Part shown: positions 36,435-45,892 of the stretch, piece by piece
How the letters are laid out: the number at the start of each line of letters is the position of its first letter
How positions within the stretch are numbered: position 1 is the first letter of the stretch
From: a virus
Reading direction: 5' to 3' (one strand)
DNA: 64,000 nucleotides
IMG/VR virus record: IMGVR_UViG_3300046791_000470
Location: 17,625-81,624 of that record
Notes under the pieces: generated by a model
Told to the model about the DNA's origin: nothing
The model's database searches: none
What the model saw: only the letters and a program-made list of their open reading frames with translations
Translations under genes and position numbers: made by a program

Positions 36435-36581
36435 CAGATGGCTCCGGCAGGGTCTCGATCGCGGCCTCGATGAGCTTGGCCATCGGCATGCCGCGCCGCT
36501 CGGCCTCGGCCTTCAGCCGCACGTAGAATGCGGCGCTTACCGACACCTTGCACCCGTTGGGCTTCTTGGGGGGGGGCTCAT
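36424..36581 (-). pseudogene. Ribbon-helix-helix protein out of frame at a G9 tract (36568-36576)
   Basis: ATG 36581 overlaps the upstream stop. With 10 (or 7) C it reads MSPPPKKPNGCKVSVSAAFYVRLKAEAERRGMPMAKLIEAAI; with 9 it stops after 14 codons. Confidence 0.65.
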
Positions 36582-36871
36582 CACGCCGCCGCCATCAGGA
36601 GCTGCTCGACCAGATTCTCCGGGGAGATGCCCTGGCGCTCGGCCGCGGCGCGGAGTCGGTCGGACACGTGGCGACCCAGCGTGACCGGGCCGTCCGCCTG
36701 ATCCTCCGCAGCGGCGCGCAGCGAGTGGGCGAGCATCCAGCTCGAGCGGTCGCTACCCGCCTGCGCGGCGGCCTCGGCGAGGATCTTGGCCTGCTCGGCG
36801 GAGGCCAGAACCTGGATGCGGGCGGGTGGGGTGACGGCCGGGCGGCCGGACTTACGTGGCTTCTTGGGCAT
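36581..36871 (-). CDS. Tandem ribbon-helix-helix regulator (candidate repressor)
   Basis: RIQVLASAEQAKILAEAAAQAGSDRSSWML and VTLGRHVSDRLRAAAERQGISPENLVEQLL are two RHH-like units. Confidence 0.75.
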   Translation of the reverse strand: MPKKPRKSGRPAVTPPARIQVLASAEQAKILAEAAAQAGSDRSSWMLAHSLRAAAEDQADGPVTLGRHVSDRLRAAAERQGISPENLVEQLLMAAA

Positions 36872-36906
36872 GCACTGACTATGCACATGCGCGTGCACAG
36901 TGTCAA
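36872..36906 (-). promoter_or_regulatory. Boxed promoter TTGACA-CTGTGCACGCGCATGTG-CATAGT-6-ATG
   Basis: -35 at 36906..36901 and -10 at 36883..36878. Confidence 0.8.
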
Positions 36907-36938
36907 CCGGGCGACCGTGCACCCGACCGAGTGAGCGG

Positions 36939-37475
36939 TCAGATCGGGTGGTCGTAGGTCAGCCGCACGGCGCCGATGCAGAGCCCGGCCTGGTCCGCGG
37001 CGAGCTCGAACCAGTGCACGGCGCCGCCCTCGACGATCGTGTCCACCAGATCGAACGGCACGTCGTGCCACAGGTCCGGCACGTTGAAGACCGAGACCGG
37101 AGCCAGTGGACCGGGCACGCTGCCGCCGTTCGGGGCGATGCTGACCGACCGGATCGCCAGATCGGCCGAGCGGTTGCCGGCCATCGCGATCGTCATCGAC
37201 AGCATCCGATCGCCCTCGACGAGGGTTGGCAGGACGGCGAACCGGCCGGCGCCGTAGCTCAGCATGCAGCCGTCGGAGGTGCCCGTGAAGCCGTTGAAAT
37301 CCGGCGTCCAGTTGGTGTGCACGACACCACCGATCGCGCTGATCACCTCGGTGGCCGGCGGTTTGGGCGCGGGCGGCGGCGCGACGGCCTGATCCGGCGG
37401 CGCGGCGGTGGCGCTCGGCGTGGCCGTGCAGGCGGGGGCGAGGAGGAGGGCGAGGAACAGAAGGGAGGCGCGCAT
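36939..37475 (-). CDS. Lipoprotein, more distant member of the fibre-like-domain family
   Basis: MRASLLFLALLLAPAC lipobox, Pro linker, LPTLVEGDRMLSM...IGAVRLTYDHP. Confidence 0.75.
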   Translation of the reverse strand: MRASLLFLALLLAPACTATPSATAAPPDQAVAPPPAPKPPATEVISAIGGVVHTNWTPDFNGFTGTSDGCMLSYGAGRFAVLPTLVEGDRMLSMTIAMAGNRSADLAIRSVSIAPNGGSVPGPLAPVSVFNVPDLWHDVPFDLVDTIVEGGAVHWFELAADQAGLCIGAVRLTYDHPI

Positions 37476-37519
37476 GCACCAGAGCGTACAGCGCGCCGAT
37501 CCGACGCTACAGGCGGGCG

Positions 37520-37699
37520 TCAGGCGGGCGGGACGATGCGGACGCTCATCCCGGCGATCCGCCCGGCGAGCTGCACGAGCTTCAGCGCGATCCACCGGCG
37601 CCAGCGGCGGCGCGGCGCGGGCGCCACGAACTGGATCTCCAGCACGGCGCACGGGCCGGCGAGCCGCACGATCTCCGTCCGAACCACGCGCTCCTTCAT
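37520..37699 (-). CDS. Small basic protein coupled to the portal gene
   Basis: ATGA overlap with the portal stop. Confidence 0.5.
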   Translation of the reverse strand: MKERVVRTEIVRLAGPCAVLEIQFVAPAPRRRWRRWIALKLVQLAGRIAGMSVRIVPPA

Positions 37700-39636
37700 G
37701 CGGGCGGGGCCTCGGCGGGCGGGACGGCGGGCGGAGCGACCGGCGATGCCGGCGCGGGCTTCACGAGCATCGACTGCGCCTCCACGATCGAGATCGCCAC
37801 GTCGAGCGGCATGCCGGCGAGGAACGCGAGCAGGTGCGCCGCGGCAGCGGGCGCGAGCTCGCCGCCGGTGACGCGCACGACCAGCGCCACGAGCGCCTCC
37901 ATCTGCGGCCCGGCGATCATGGCGTCGGCGGCCTTCCCCGACGGCGGATGGCCGGCTGGCGCTGCTGGCGCCGACGGAGGGGCGGCGATGTCCGCGGGCG
38001 CGCCGGGGCTCGATACCTGTCGCCCGAGCAGGTCCGCCATCAGCGCCTCGTCGCCGCCGGCGCGCTCCATGCGGATGCGCTTCAGCGCCTCGGCCGGGTC
38101 GGACACGCCGAAGAACGGCGCCAGGTACTGGACCGCGCTCTCGAGATCGATCGCCTGCGCCAGCCGCGCCTGCGAGATCGCGCTCGCGGCGTCGCCGGCG
38201 TCGGACGGGCCGCGCTGCACCCACTCGGGCCACACGAGCTCGAGATCATCGGCCGTGATCGTCGTGACCGTCGGCGGCAGCTCGCGCTCGACCGGCTGAC
38301 CGTCCGGCCCCTCCACCGGAGGCAGGCTCACGGCTCCGACCAGCCGGAGCCCGGTCTGCGGATCCGTCGGCCCGGACGTGCGCACTTTGATCGCGGCGCG
38401 GATCATCTTCGCGAGGAGCGGCTTCACGCCCTGCTCTCCGTACTGCTCGCGGAACAGGTCCCCGCGCTCGTGCATCGACGAGTAGCGCCGCTCCACCTCG
38501 GTGGCCGTCATCGGGCCGGCGGTCTGCTCGGCATCGAGCACGCACTGCACCACCTCCAGGAAGTTGCGGCGGTGGACCTCCACCATCTTCAGCCCGGCCT
38601 CGATGCCGGCGCCGACGATCTCGAGGTACGTGGCGCCGGCGCCCTTCTCGACCTGGATCGCGTTGCGCGAGCCCTTTTTCAGGCTCGCCAGCTTGAGCTG
38701 ATCGCTCTCGATGAGGAGCGTCGGATCGAGGTTCTCGACGGCGGCCTGATCGGCCTGGCTCAGGAGCCGATCGATCGCCTCCTGCGTGTCGTACTCGCCG
38801 AGGCAGTCCGGATCGCCGTCCTGCTGATCGGTGAGCGTGTTGCGGATCCACACGCCGGGGAACTCTCCGAGGCCGTGGTCCACGCGGGTCTGCGCTTGCC
38901 ACACTGGCTCGTCGCCCTCGCCGACGGGCGCCGGCACGAACACCACGTCCGAGGTCTGATCGATGATCCGCCGGTACCAGAACCACACCTCGCGGAGGAT
39001 GCCGTCGCCGCCGTACTGCTCCGTCGGGAACATGTAGCGGATCTCGAGCGCGCTCACCTCGCCGCTCGAGCGGTTGATGAAGGTCGGCGTGCACCACCGC
39101 GGATCGTGCACCTCGACGACGGGCCGCCCGCCCTGGAACGCGAAGGTCATCACCGCCGTGCCCTGGCCGCCGCCGAACATCCGGCCGTGCGCGAATCTGA
39201 TCCACATCCGGCACGACGCGATGACGCCCTCGATCCACGCCTGGACCGCGGGGTTCCGGTGCTTCACCGACGGGTGTTTCTTCGCCGAGAACAGGAGCCC
39301 GGTGAATCGGTTGACCACGGCGCGCACGAGGTGGAACGGCGCCGTGGGCCGGCGCATCGAGAGCGGCATGTCGTCGGTGCCGCTCGGATCCCAGAATCCC
39401 GGCGGCAGCACCTGCGTGCGCGCGATGTTCTCGCGCTCGAGCTCGCCCATCACCTTCCGGCCGTCCCAGCCGACGGAGCGCGCGGCATACGGCTCGGCCT
39501 CGTAGAAGGACCAATAGCGGTTGAGCTCGAGCTGCCGGGCCGTCATGCCCTGGCGCTGGAGGCGCGCCATCTGCTGATCGTGCAGCGCGACGCCCGCCTG
39601 GAAGGCATTCCCCGGTCCGTACGCGAGCATCGGCAT
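37696..39636 (-). CDS. Portal protein (SPP1-like) with Pro/Ala-rich C-terminal extension
   Basis: RAVVNRFTGLLFS...WYRRIIDQ...HGLGEFPGVWIRN...GDPDC...QEAIDRLLSQ; follows TerL. Confidence 0.9.
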   Translation of the reverse strand: MPMLAYGPGNAFQAGVALHDQQMARLQRQGMTARQLELNRYWSFYEAEPYAARSVGWDGRKVMGELERENIARTQVLPPGFWDPSGTDDMPLSMRRPTAPFHLVRAVVNRFTGLLFSAKKHPSVKHRNPAVQAWIEGVIASCRMWIRFAHGRMFGGGQGTAVMTFAFQGGRPVVEVHDPRWCTPTFINRSSGEVSALEIRYMFPTEQYGGDGILREVWFWYRRIIDQTSDVVFVPAPVGEGDEPVWQAQTRVDHGLGEFPGVWIRNTLTDQQDGDPDCLGEYDTQEAIDRLLSQADQAAVENLDPTLLIESDQLKLASLKKGSRNAIQVEKGAGATYLEIVGAGIEAGLKMVEVHRRNFLEVVQCVLDAEQTAGPMTATEVERRYSSMHERGDLFREQYGEQGVKPLLAKMIRAAIKVRTSGPTDPQTGLRLVGAVSLPPVEGPDGQPVERELPPTVTTITADDLELVWPEWVQRGPSDAGDAASAISQARLAQAIDLESAVQYLAPFFGVSDPAEALKRIRMERAGGDEALMADLLGRQVSSPGAPADIAAPPSAPAAPAGHPPSGKAADAMIAGPQMEALVALVVRVTGGELAPAAAAHLLAFLAGMPLDVAISIVEAQSMLVKPAPASPVAPPAVPPAEAPPA

Positions 39637-39676
39637 CGCCCGAGGATCACGCCCGGCCCGAGGCCGAGCAACCCGC

Positions 39677-41239
39677 TCACGTCCGGCGCGGGCGCTTGCC
39701 CTGCTGGATGCCGGTCGCCAGCCGCACGCCCTCGCGAGCGAACCACATCGCCATGAGCCGATCGCCGGTGTGGCTCCGGGGGTCGTAGCGCAGCATCTCG
39801 TTGATCAGCGCCAGCACCTCCGGATCGATGGTGCCCTCGAGCGTGCCGCCCTGGTTCGGCAACACCCACTTGCCGGCGGACATCTCGACGGCGATCGACT
39901 CGAGCCCGAAGGTGGGATCCACCTTGTTCTTGCCCGTGTAGAAGGCGCGAACCGGGACCGCGCTCCCCTCCTCCACGAACTGCTTGATGTACGCCTGCGC
40001 CGCGTTCGACTCGACGATCATCAAGGAGTTGTACCGGCGGTGCAGGTCCTTGATCGCCGCCACGATCTCGGGGCCGCTGAGCTTGCCCGAGGTCACGTCG
40101 AGGAGCTGGCGCCGGCCGGTCCGCTCCTCGACGGCGATCGTCACGAACGCTGTGAGGTCGGACTTTTTCTTCTTGGTGGCGCCGAGGTCAACGCCGGTGA
40201 TCGTGCGGTACCCCGGCGGCACCACTGACAGCGCCCACGCCAGCTCGAGGCCGTTCCCCTCGCGCAGCGCGCGCAGGATGTACGCCGCCTTGAACCGGCG
40301 CTCCGCGTCGGCGACCGGATCGCAGAACAGCGAGCGGCGCGACTCGATGGGTCCGCGGTTCGCGATCTCCTTGTCGATGCGCGCGTCCGGCCACACCTCC
40401 GGCCACGAGCTCCGCCCCTCGGCGTCGCGCACCGGATACTTGCGGTGCGCGGTCGCGGGCTCCTTCGCGTAGCGGTGCGCGGCGTCGTCGTGGTGCCACG
40501 CGTTGCCGATGAACCACAGCCGCGCGCTGTCGGTTCGCCGGCCCTCGATCGTGCTCTTGAGCCAGGAGTGGTACTTCTCCCTGAGGTGCTCTGAATACGT
40601 GTTCTCGGGCGTGAGGTAGTCGTCAATGATGATCAGGTCGTAGCGGGCACCGAGGATCGCACCCTCGAAGCCCGACGCCTGGACCGTTGGATCTTTCGAG
40701 ATCGTCGAGCGCGCGACGTGGAACGCGTCGGCGCGCCACAGCCCGGTGGTGTCGCTCTTGTCGGGGCGAACGTGCGGGAACACGGCTCGGTACTCGGCCG
40801 AGTTCTCGATGTACGTCTTGAGCGTCTTGACGATCCGCTTCGACGCCCCGGCCGCCGACGACAGGATCAGGATCCGGATGTTCGGGTTGGTCCCGATCTC
40901 CCACAGCACGCGGCCGACGGAGAGCTGGCTCGTTTTCCCGCTCTCCGTGTGACACGTGAGGACCACGCGCTCGCTGGAGTCGATGAGGTCGTGCCACTCG
41001 ACGTGCATCGGCGCGAGCAAGATCGGCGCGCCGGTCTGCTCGTGCCTGAGCACGAACTGGCAGAACACCGCCGGGTCGGTGCGCGAGACCTCGGCCAGCT
41101 TCGCCATCGCCGGCGCGAGATCGGCGGCGGCCTTGGTCAGCGCGTGGCGGCGCTTGAAGTTCCCGCCACCGCGGCGCGCCGTCTCCCTGCGCTCCGCCCG
41201 CGGCTGAATGGCCGCTCGTCTCGCGGGTCTAGTTCGCAT
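39677..41239 (-). CDS. terL: Terminase large subunit
   Basis: ESGKTS Walker A-like, GARYDLIIIDD Walker B, FIGNAWHHDD, ITGVDLG nuclease motif, HTGDRLMAMWFA. Confidence 0.93.
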   Translation of the reverse strand: MRTRPARRAAIQPRAERRETARRGGGNFKRRHALTKAAADLAPAMAKLAEVSRTDPAVFCQFVLRHEQTGAPILLAPMHVEWHDLIDSSERVVLTCHTESGKTSQLSVGRVLWEIGTNPNIRILILSSAAGASKRIVKTLKTYIENSAEYRAVFPHVRPDKSDTTGLWRADAFHVARSTISKDPTVQASGFEGAILGARYDLIIIDDYLTPENTYSEHLREKYHSWLKSTIEGRRTDSARLWFIGNAWHHDDAAHRYAKEPATAHRKYPVRDAEGRSSWPEVWPDARIDKEIANRGPIESRRSLFCDPVADAERRFKAAYILRALREGNGLELAWALSVVPPGYRTITGVDLGATKKKKSDLTAFVTIAVEERTGRRQLLDVTSGKLSGPEIVAAIKDLHRRYNSLMIVESNAAQAYIKQFVEEGSAVPVRAFYTGKNKVDPTFGLESIAVEMSAGKWVLPNQGGTLEGTIDPEVLALINEMLRYDPRSHTGDRLMAMWFAREGVRLATGIQQGKRPRRT

Positions 41240-41807
41240 CTGCGGGCCGCTCCGCCGGTGGCTCGTCCTCGGACTCCTCCGGCGAGGGCTCGATGTCGAT
41301 CACCGTGGGCTGCGCCGGCGCTACGAGCGACCCGCGCGCGCGCGCCAGCGCCAGCGTCGCCGCGGCGTGATCGATCAGGCGCGCCGCCTCGGCCTCGGTA
41401 CTGGACGAGGTGATCGCTGGTCCGCTGATCGAGCTGGGGTCATAGCTGCCGTCGATCTTGCAGATCTGGTCGGCCGCCTTGATCGCCGCTCGGAGCGCGT
41501 CGACGGAGCCGATCGCGAGCAGCCGCTGGACGATCATCATGTGCAGCCCGCGGTTCCGCGCGCGCTTCCGATCGGTCAGCTCCGCATCGGCGTCGCCGAG
41601 CTCCTCGAGCGCCTTGTTGACGTAGACGCGAGCCTGCTGCCGGTTGACGGTCCACGTCTTGGCCGGGATGTTCTTGTCGGGGTCGGCCTCCTGCGTGGTC
41701 TGGCACCAGTCGATCACCCACTTCGGATCAGAGCCGGTGACGAGCAGGCTCTTGATCGCGACGATCCGCGCGGACACCTCCGGCGTGTGCTTGCCCTTGG
41801 CCATCAC
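41229..41807 (-). CDS. terS: Terminase small subunit
   Basis: Directly upstream of and overlapping TerL. Helical, with AAIKAADQICKIDG. Confidence 0.75.
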   Translation of the reverse strand: MMAKGKHTPEVSARIVAIKSLLVTGSDPKWVIDWCQTTQEADPDKNIPAKTWTVNRQQARVYVNKALEELGDADAELTDRKRARNRGLHMMIVQRLLAIGSVDALRAAIKAADQICKIDGSYDPSSISGPAITSSSTEAEAARLIDHAAATLALARARGSLVAPAQPTVIDIEPSPEESEDEPPAERPADAN

Positions 41808-42061
41808 CGCACCCGGGGCACGGCAGCGGAGGCGAGCAGCTCACGCCGCGCAGCGTCCGTGCGGATCGTCCAGCCGACGAGCTCGGCCAGCCAAACCGCG
41901 TGGAGCTCGCAGTATCCGGCGCGCGCGGCGGCCAGGATCGCCTCGGCCTGGACCATGGCCACGTCCACCACCTGGCGCCAGCACGGGCCGACGATCGCGC
42001 CGATCAGACCCTCGAGGTCGGGATACTCACGCGTCCGGCAGGTGCTGCACGTGTATCCCAC
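41804..42061 (-). CDS. Small hypothetical protein
   Basis: Coupled to terS. Confidence 0.45.
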   Translation of the reverse strand: MGYTCSTCRTREYPDLEGLIGAIVGPCWRQVVDVAMVQAEAILAAARAGYCELHAVWLAELVGWTIRTDAARRELLASAAVPRVR

Positions 42062-42242
42062 GACCCGGCCACTATACCCGGGCAGGTCACGGAAATCGTA
42101 GGTGGCGCGCCGGCGGGGCCGTGACCGGCCGGAGAAACGGAGACGGCTCGGGCCGCCGCCGGCGTCGTCACGGTCCGAGGCTACCGCGCGAGCTGGCCGG
42201 GCGTCAGGCGCTCACCGGAGTGGCGTGTGCTACCAGATCTGC

Positions 42243-42764
42243 ATGTTCCGACTCCTGAGCGCGCTCGTCGTCCTCCTCGCCGCCTGCAATCAGCCCGATC
42301 TCCACTCGGAGCCGAGCGCGCTCATCGCCCCGGCGCCCCCGCCCGCCGGCACCCTCACGATCCTACCGATCAGCCCGGCGGCTGCGATCACTACGGCCTT
42401 CGGTCCCTCGTGGGACGGCGATGTCTGGTCCATCACCAAGAGCGGCGACGCGCTCCGATACCCGGTGCCGGTGATCGTCGGCGACACCCTCACGGAGTGG
42501 GCCGTGTTCGCGCGCCGATCCACGGTGGGCGCCGTCCTGTCGGCGCAGCTACAGGTGTTCGACGCGGTGGACCTGCGTCACTACGACGTTGGGCCGATGG
42601 TCACGAACGGCGATCCGGTCACCGGCTACTTCCCGCTCGAGACCGCGATCCCGCCGGTGTTCGTGCACGAGGACTTCTCGGTCTCGGTGCTCGTGATCGG
42701 CGAGGGCACGCCCGGCGACATCGTGGGGACCGCGAACGTTTACGTGATGCGGCAGTGGCAGTGA
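42243..42764 (+). CDS. Lipoprotein of the dispersed family, inserted against local gene orientation
   Basis: MFRLLSALVVLLAAC lipobox; PSWDGDVW...LRYPVPVIVGD...SAQL...SVLVIGEGTPGD. Confidence 0.8.
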   Translation: MFRLLSALVVLLAACNQPDLHSEPSALIAPAPPPAGTLTILPISPAAAITTAFGPSWDGDVWSITKSGDALRYPVPVIVGDTLTEWAVFARRSTVGAVLSAQLQVFDAVDLRHYDVGPMVTNGDPVTGYFPLETAIPPVFVHEDFSVSVLVIGEGTPGDIVGTANVYVMRQWQ

Positions 42765-42838
42765 CGGGCGCGCGCGAACCGTTCAGCCCAGGCGAACAGT
42801 TCACGTAGGCGGCCGGGGCGAGCCCCGGAAGGCGGGGA

Positions 42839-43228
42839 TCAGGGAGCGGACCGCGACGCGTGGCGCTCGTTCCAGCGCTGCACCTCGGCGATCCGCTCGG
42901 CGCCGGCGGCGTACTCCTCGGTGGAGGTCCAGGCGAGCACCTCGGCCTCGGTCGCCGGACGCGCCGCATCGGGGCAGTAGTCGGCCACGTGCTCGATGCA
43001 CGCCGCGAGATCGTCGCGCGTCACGTGGCAGCGCGGACCGTCCGGGGCGAGGTAGGTCACGCGGATCCGGCCCGGCTCGGACGGATCGCCGGAGCGGATC
43101 GCGAGGTCGCTGGGGCTGCCGCGGTAGGTCAGGAGGATCGCGGGCGAGGAGGCGAAGGCGGCGGCGATCGTCTCGATCGTGGCGGATCGCCTCGAGAGGG
43201 TCTCGTCGGCGAGGGCGTCGAGATCCAT
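42839..43228 (-). CDS. Hypothetical protein
   Basis: TGATG-coupled start at 43228. Confidence 0.65.
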   Translation of the reverse strand: MDLDALADETLSRRSATIETIAAAFASSPAILLTYRGSPSDLAIRSGDPSEPGRIRVTYLAPDGPRCHVTRDDLAACIEHVADYCPDAARPATEAEVLAWTSTEEYAAGAERIAEVQRWNERHASRSAP

Positions 43229-43659
43229 CACTGCGCCTCCGCGTGCGCCGCCTCGTAGCCGCGCTTGAACGCCGCGATCCACTCGTCGCTGATGTCGTCC
43301 CACGCGTCCGCGTAGAGACCGCACGCCTCGCAGATGCCGCTCGGCATGACCGCGTTGATGTAGGCTTCGTCGGCACCGACGAGCGGCCACGCCCACGACT
43401 CGGGCTCGGCGCCGCGGTCCACGTCGGCCGCGCGCCCCTCGTAGTCTTCGCGACCTTCCCGCTCGCCGTGCGCCGAGACCACGGCGGCCACGGCCAGGTA
43501 CACGAGCGACGGATCATGCTTGGCGATCTCGTACGCCTTGCTGACCGACAACCCCTCGCGAGCGTCCTCCGTGGGATCGGCGTGCTTGGAGAGCGTGAGG
43601 CCGAGATCCTCGGCGATCTCGATAGCGGCGGTGCCGGTGATGGTCGCGGTGTTCGTCAT
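43228..43659 (-). CDS. Hypothetical early protein
   Basis: ATG 43659 follows a boxed promoter. Confidence 0.7.
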   Translation of the reverse strand: MTNTATITGTAAIEIAEDLGLTLSKHADPTEDAREGLSVSKAYEIAKHDPSLVYLAVAAVVSAHGEREGREDYEGRAADVDRGAEPESWAWPLVGADEAYINAVMPSGICEACGLYADAWDDISDEWIAAFKRGYEAAHAEAQ

Positions 43660-43697
43660 CTTGAAGCCAGGATACGCATGCTCGTGCACACTGTCAA
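43660..43697 (-). promoter_or_regulatory. Boxed promoter TTGACA-GTGTGCACGAGCATGCG-TATCCT-9-ATG
   Basis: -35 at 43697..43692 and -10 at 43674..43669. Confidence 0.82.
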
Positions 43698-43741
43698 GCG
43701 CATGGCCATGCGCCTCGTAAACGCGCGTCAGGATGTCCGGA

Positions 43742-44125
43742 TTACCCGGCCAGATCGTCGACAGTGATCTCCGAGGTGCGCCGCCACCCCTCGCCCCGGC
43801 GGCCCCCGGCGAAGATCTGCGCGATCAGCGGGTCGGCCTCGAGCTGGAACCCGCCCTCCTGGTCCACCAGGCGGAACGTGATGGATGGCCGGCCGAGATC
43901 GAGGGCGTCCCGGATCCCGAAGTAGCGGAACGCCCCGCCCTCGGCGAGCGCCGCGAGATCGAGCTGCATGGCGGACTCCGCCCGCGCGAGGCCGGCGTGG
44001 TCGGCGTCGAGGCCGGCGAGCGGGGCCATGGCGTGGCGGAACGCGGCGTGGAGCAGCGCGTAGAGCGGCGGGCGGGCGGTGGCGCGCCGCTGCTGCCGCA
44101 GCCGGCGCAGGTCCGCGGCGATCAC
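43742..44125 (-). CDS. Hypothetical protein
   Basis: GTGA-coupled start. Confidence 0.55.
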   Translation of the reverse strand: MIAADLRRLRQQRRATARPPLYALLHAAFRHAMAPLAGLDADHAGLARAESAMQLDLAALAEGGAFRYFGIRDALDLGRPSITFRLVDQEGGFQLEADPLIAQIFAGGRRGEGWRRTSEITVDDLAG

Positions 44126-44349
44126 GGCGCGCGCTTCCCCAGCCGCGCGCGGCGCTCGAGGGCGGACGCATCGACGATGCGCTGGAGGTACGCCGAGCTG
44201 ATGACGCCGTCCCCGTGCGACCGGGGCTCCGGCAGCTCGATCTCCGGCTCGGGCGCCAGCATCCGGGCGAGGTAGTCGGCGTCGACGATCATCGTCTCGC
44301 CCTCCTCGTAGGCGGCGAACGGCGGGGAGATGGTCGGGGCCGGCCTCAT
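44122..44349 (-). CDS. Small hypothetical protein
   Basis: Coupled on both sides. Confidence 0.55.
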   Translation of the reverse strand: MRPAPTISPPFAAYEEGETMIVDADYLARMLAPEPEIELPEPRSHGDGVISSAYLQRIVDASALERRARLGKRAP

Positions 44350-44735
44350 CGGGTGATCGCCCCGATCCGCGCGTAGTGCTCGGCCTGCGCCCGGCTGTCG
44401 GCCTGGCCGTCCCAGCGCGCGCCGGTCCAGTAGTACCAGCCCGGCGCGGTCTGCCCGATCGCGTCCGTGGGGCAGTCGGCGTCGGCCGCGGTGAACTCGC
44501 GGACCGTGCCGGTGGCGATCGGCGGCTCCGTGGGCTCGACCCTCGCGCTCGCGGCCAGGACCCGCAACGGCTTGGCGTCGCAGTCGTGATCGTTGATGGC
44601 GTCCTGGAACACCCCGGCGTCCAGAACAGCATCGACCACGTGCTGTGCCGAGGCCGGGTCGCCGAGCAGCTCGAGGGTGACGATGACCCGGACGGGACGA
44701 CGGGCGAGGCGGACGGTGGTGGATGTGTCGATCAC
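44346..44735 (-). CDS. Hypothetical protein
   Basis: AAGGAG RBS, GTG at 44735. Confidence 0.6.
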   Translation of the reverse strand: MIDTSTTVRLARRPVRVIVTLELLGDPASAQHVVDAVLDAGVFQDAINDHDCDAKPLRVLAASARVEPTEPPIATGTVREFTAADADCPTDAIGQTAPGWYYWTGARWDGQADSRAQAEHYARIGAITR

Positions 44736-45448
44736 GGGCACTCCTTGGTGGTGGTGGTGGTGGTCCGCCCGGCCATCCGTCGCTCGATGTCGGCCGCGGC
44801 CCCGCGCAGCGCCGCCGCGGCGTGGTCGTGCTGCTCCGATTCGGCCTCCTGGCGCTCGTGAGCTGCCGCCATCAAGCACGACGCCGCGGCGCGCTCCTCC
44901 AGGTCCGCCAGTTCGCGTAGGTGGGCGACCGCCTCATCCATCGTGAGCCCGCGGCCGGTCACCGCGCGGCGCCGGCGTTCCTTGGCGCCCTCCGACGCGC
45001 CGGCCAGGTAGGCCCGCCGCCACCGCGCGTAGAGCTCGCTGACCACGAGCTGGACGATCGCGACCCACGCGCCCGCGAGGATCGCCGCGAGCCCGCCGAG
45101 CGCCATCGCGCCCCACGTGTACCAGCGCTGGACGGCGAGGCACTCCACGGCGTGCGCGTCCCCGCCGGGCAGCGCGACGAGCCGCGCGTAGGCGGTCCCG
45201 ACGCGGGCGCCGATCGAGGCGCGCCCGTGCGCGAGTAGCGCCGCGCCGTAGGCGATCCAGCCGATCGGGGTGTCGGCCGCGGCGCGCGTGGCCAGCGCGA
45301 AGATGATCCCGACCACGACCGTCTCGAGCTGCCACGTCTGCAGCTCGAGTCCGACGATGAGGCGCCGGACCACGGACCAGAGGAGCACGAACCAGGGCAC
45401 GATGGCGGCGGCGATGGAGAGGAGCGCGAGGGCGTCGGATGTGGTCAT
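44732..45448 (-). CDS. Integral membrane protein with cytoplasmic coiled-coil tail
   Basis: Four to five hydrophobic segments in the N-terminal half. Confidence 0.7.
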   Translation of the reverse strand: MTTSDALALLSIAAAIVPWFVLLWSVVRRLIVGLELQTWQLETVVVGIIFALATRAAADTPIGWIAYGAALLAHGRASIGARVGTAYARLVALPGGDAHAVECLAVQRWYTWGAMALGGLAAILAGAWVAIVQLVVSELYARWRRAYLAGASEGAKERRRRAVTGRGLTMDEAVAHLRELADLEERAAASCLMAAAHERQEAESEQHDHAAAALRGAAADIERRMAGRTTTTTTKECP

Positions 45449-45469
45449 GATGGTCTCGGTGGTGAAGGG

Positions 45470-45892
45470 TTAGGCGGGGGAGCGCGGCGGCGGATCGAGC
45501 TGCAGCGTCGGGTGCTCGTGGTAGGTCACGTCGTACCGGCGGGTCACGCGCCAGCCGCGGGTCAGCGCCAGCTTGCGGATCGTGTGCTGCTCGCTCACCG
45601 AGCAGCACTCCTCGAGCACGAGCGGTCCGCCGATCATGGCGGCGGCCAGCTCGTGGATCTGCGAGCCGTAGCCGCGCGCGCGATGCCGCTCGAGGACGTG
45701 CACGAAGCCGATGAAGGCGACGGGCGCGGCGGCGGAGATCGCGAGCACGATCTCTCCGATCTCCTCTCCGGCGAACTCGAATCGGTACCGTGCCTGGGAG
45801 GCCGGCCCGAACCCGGCGAGGGCGGACCACCCGTATCCTCGGGGCCAGAGGGGCATCGGCTCCACGCTGGCGACCGAGAGCACGGAGGTCAC
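45470..45892 (-). CDS. GNAT-family acetyltransferase-like protein
   Basis: FIGFVHVLERHRARGYGSQI fits acetyl-CoA binding motif A (RxxGxG). Confidence 0.65.
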   Translation of the reverse strand: MTSVLSVASVEPMPLWPRGYGWSALAGFGPASQARYRFEFAGEEIGEIVLAISAAAPVAFIGFVHVLERHRARGYGSQIHELAAAMIGGPLVLEECCSVSEQHTIRKLALTRGWRVTRRYDVTYHEHPTLQLDPPPRSPA

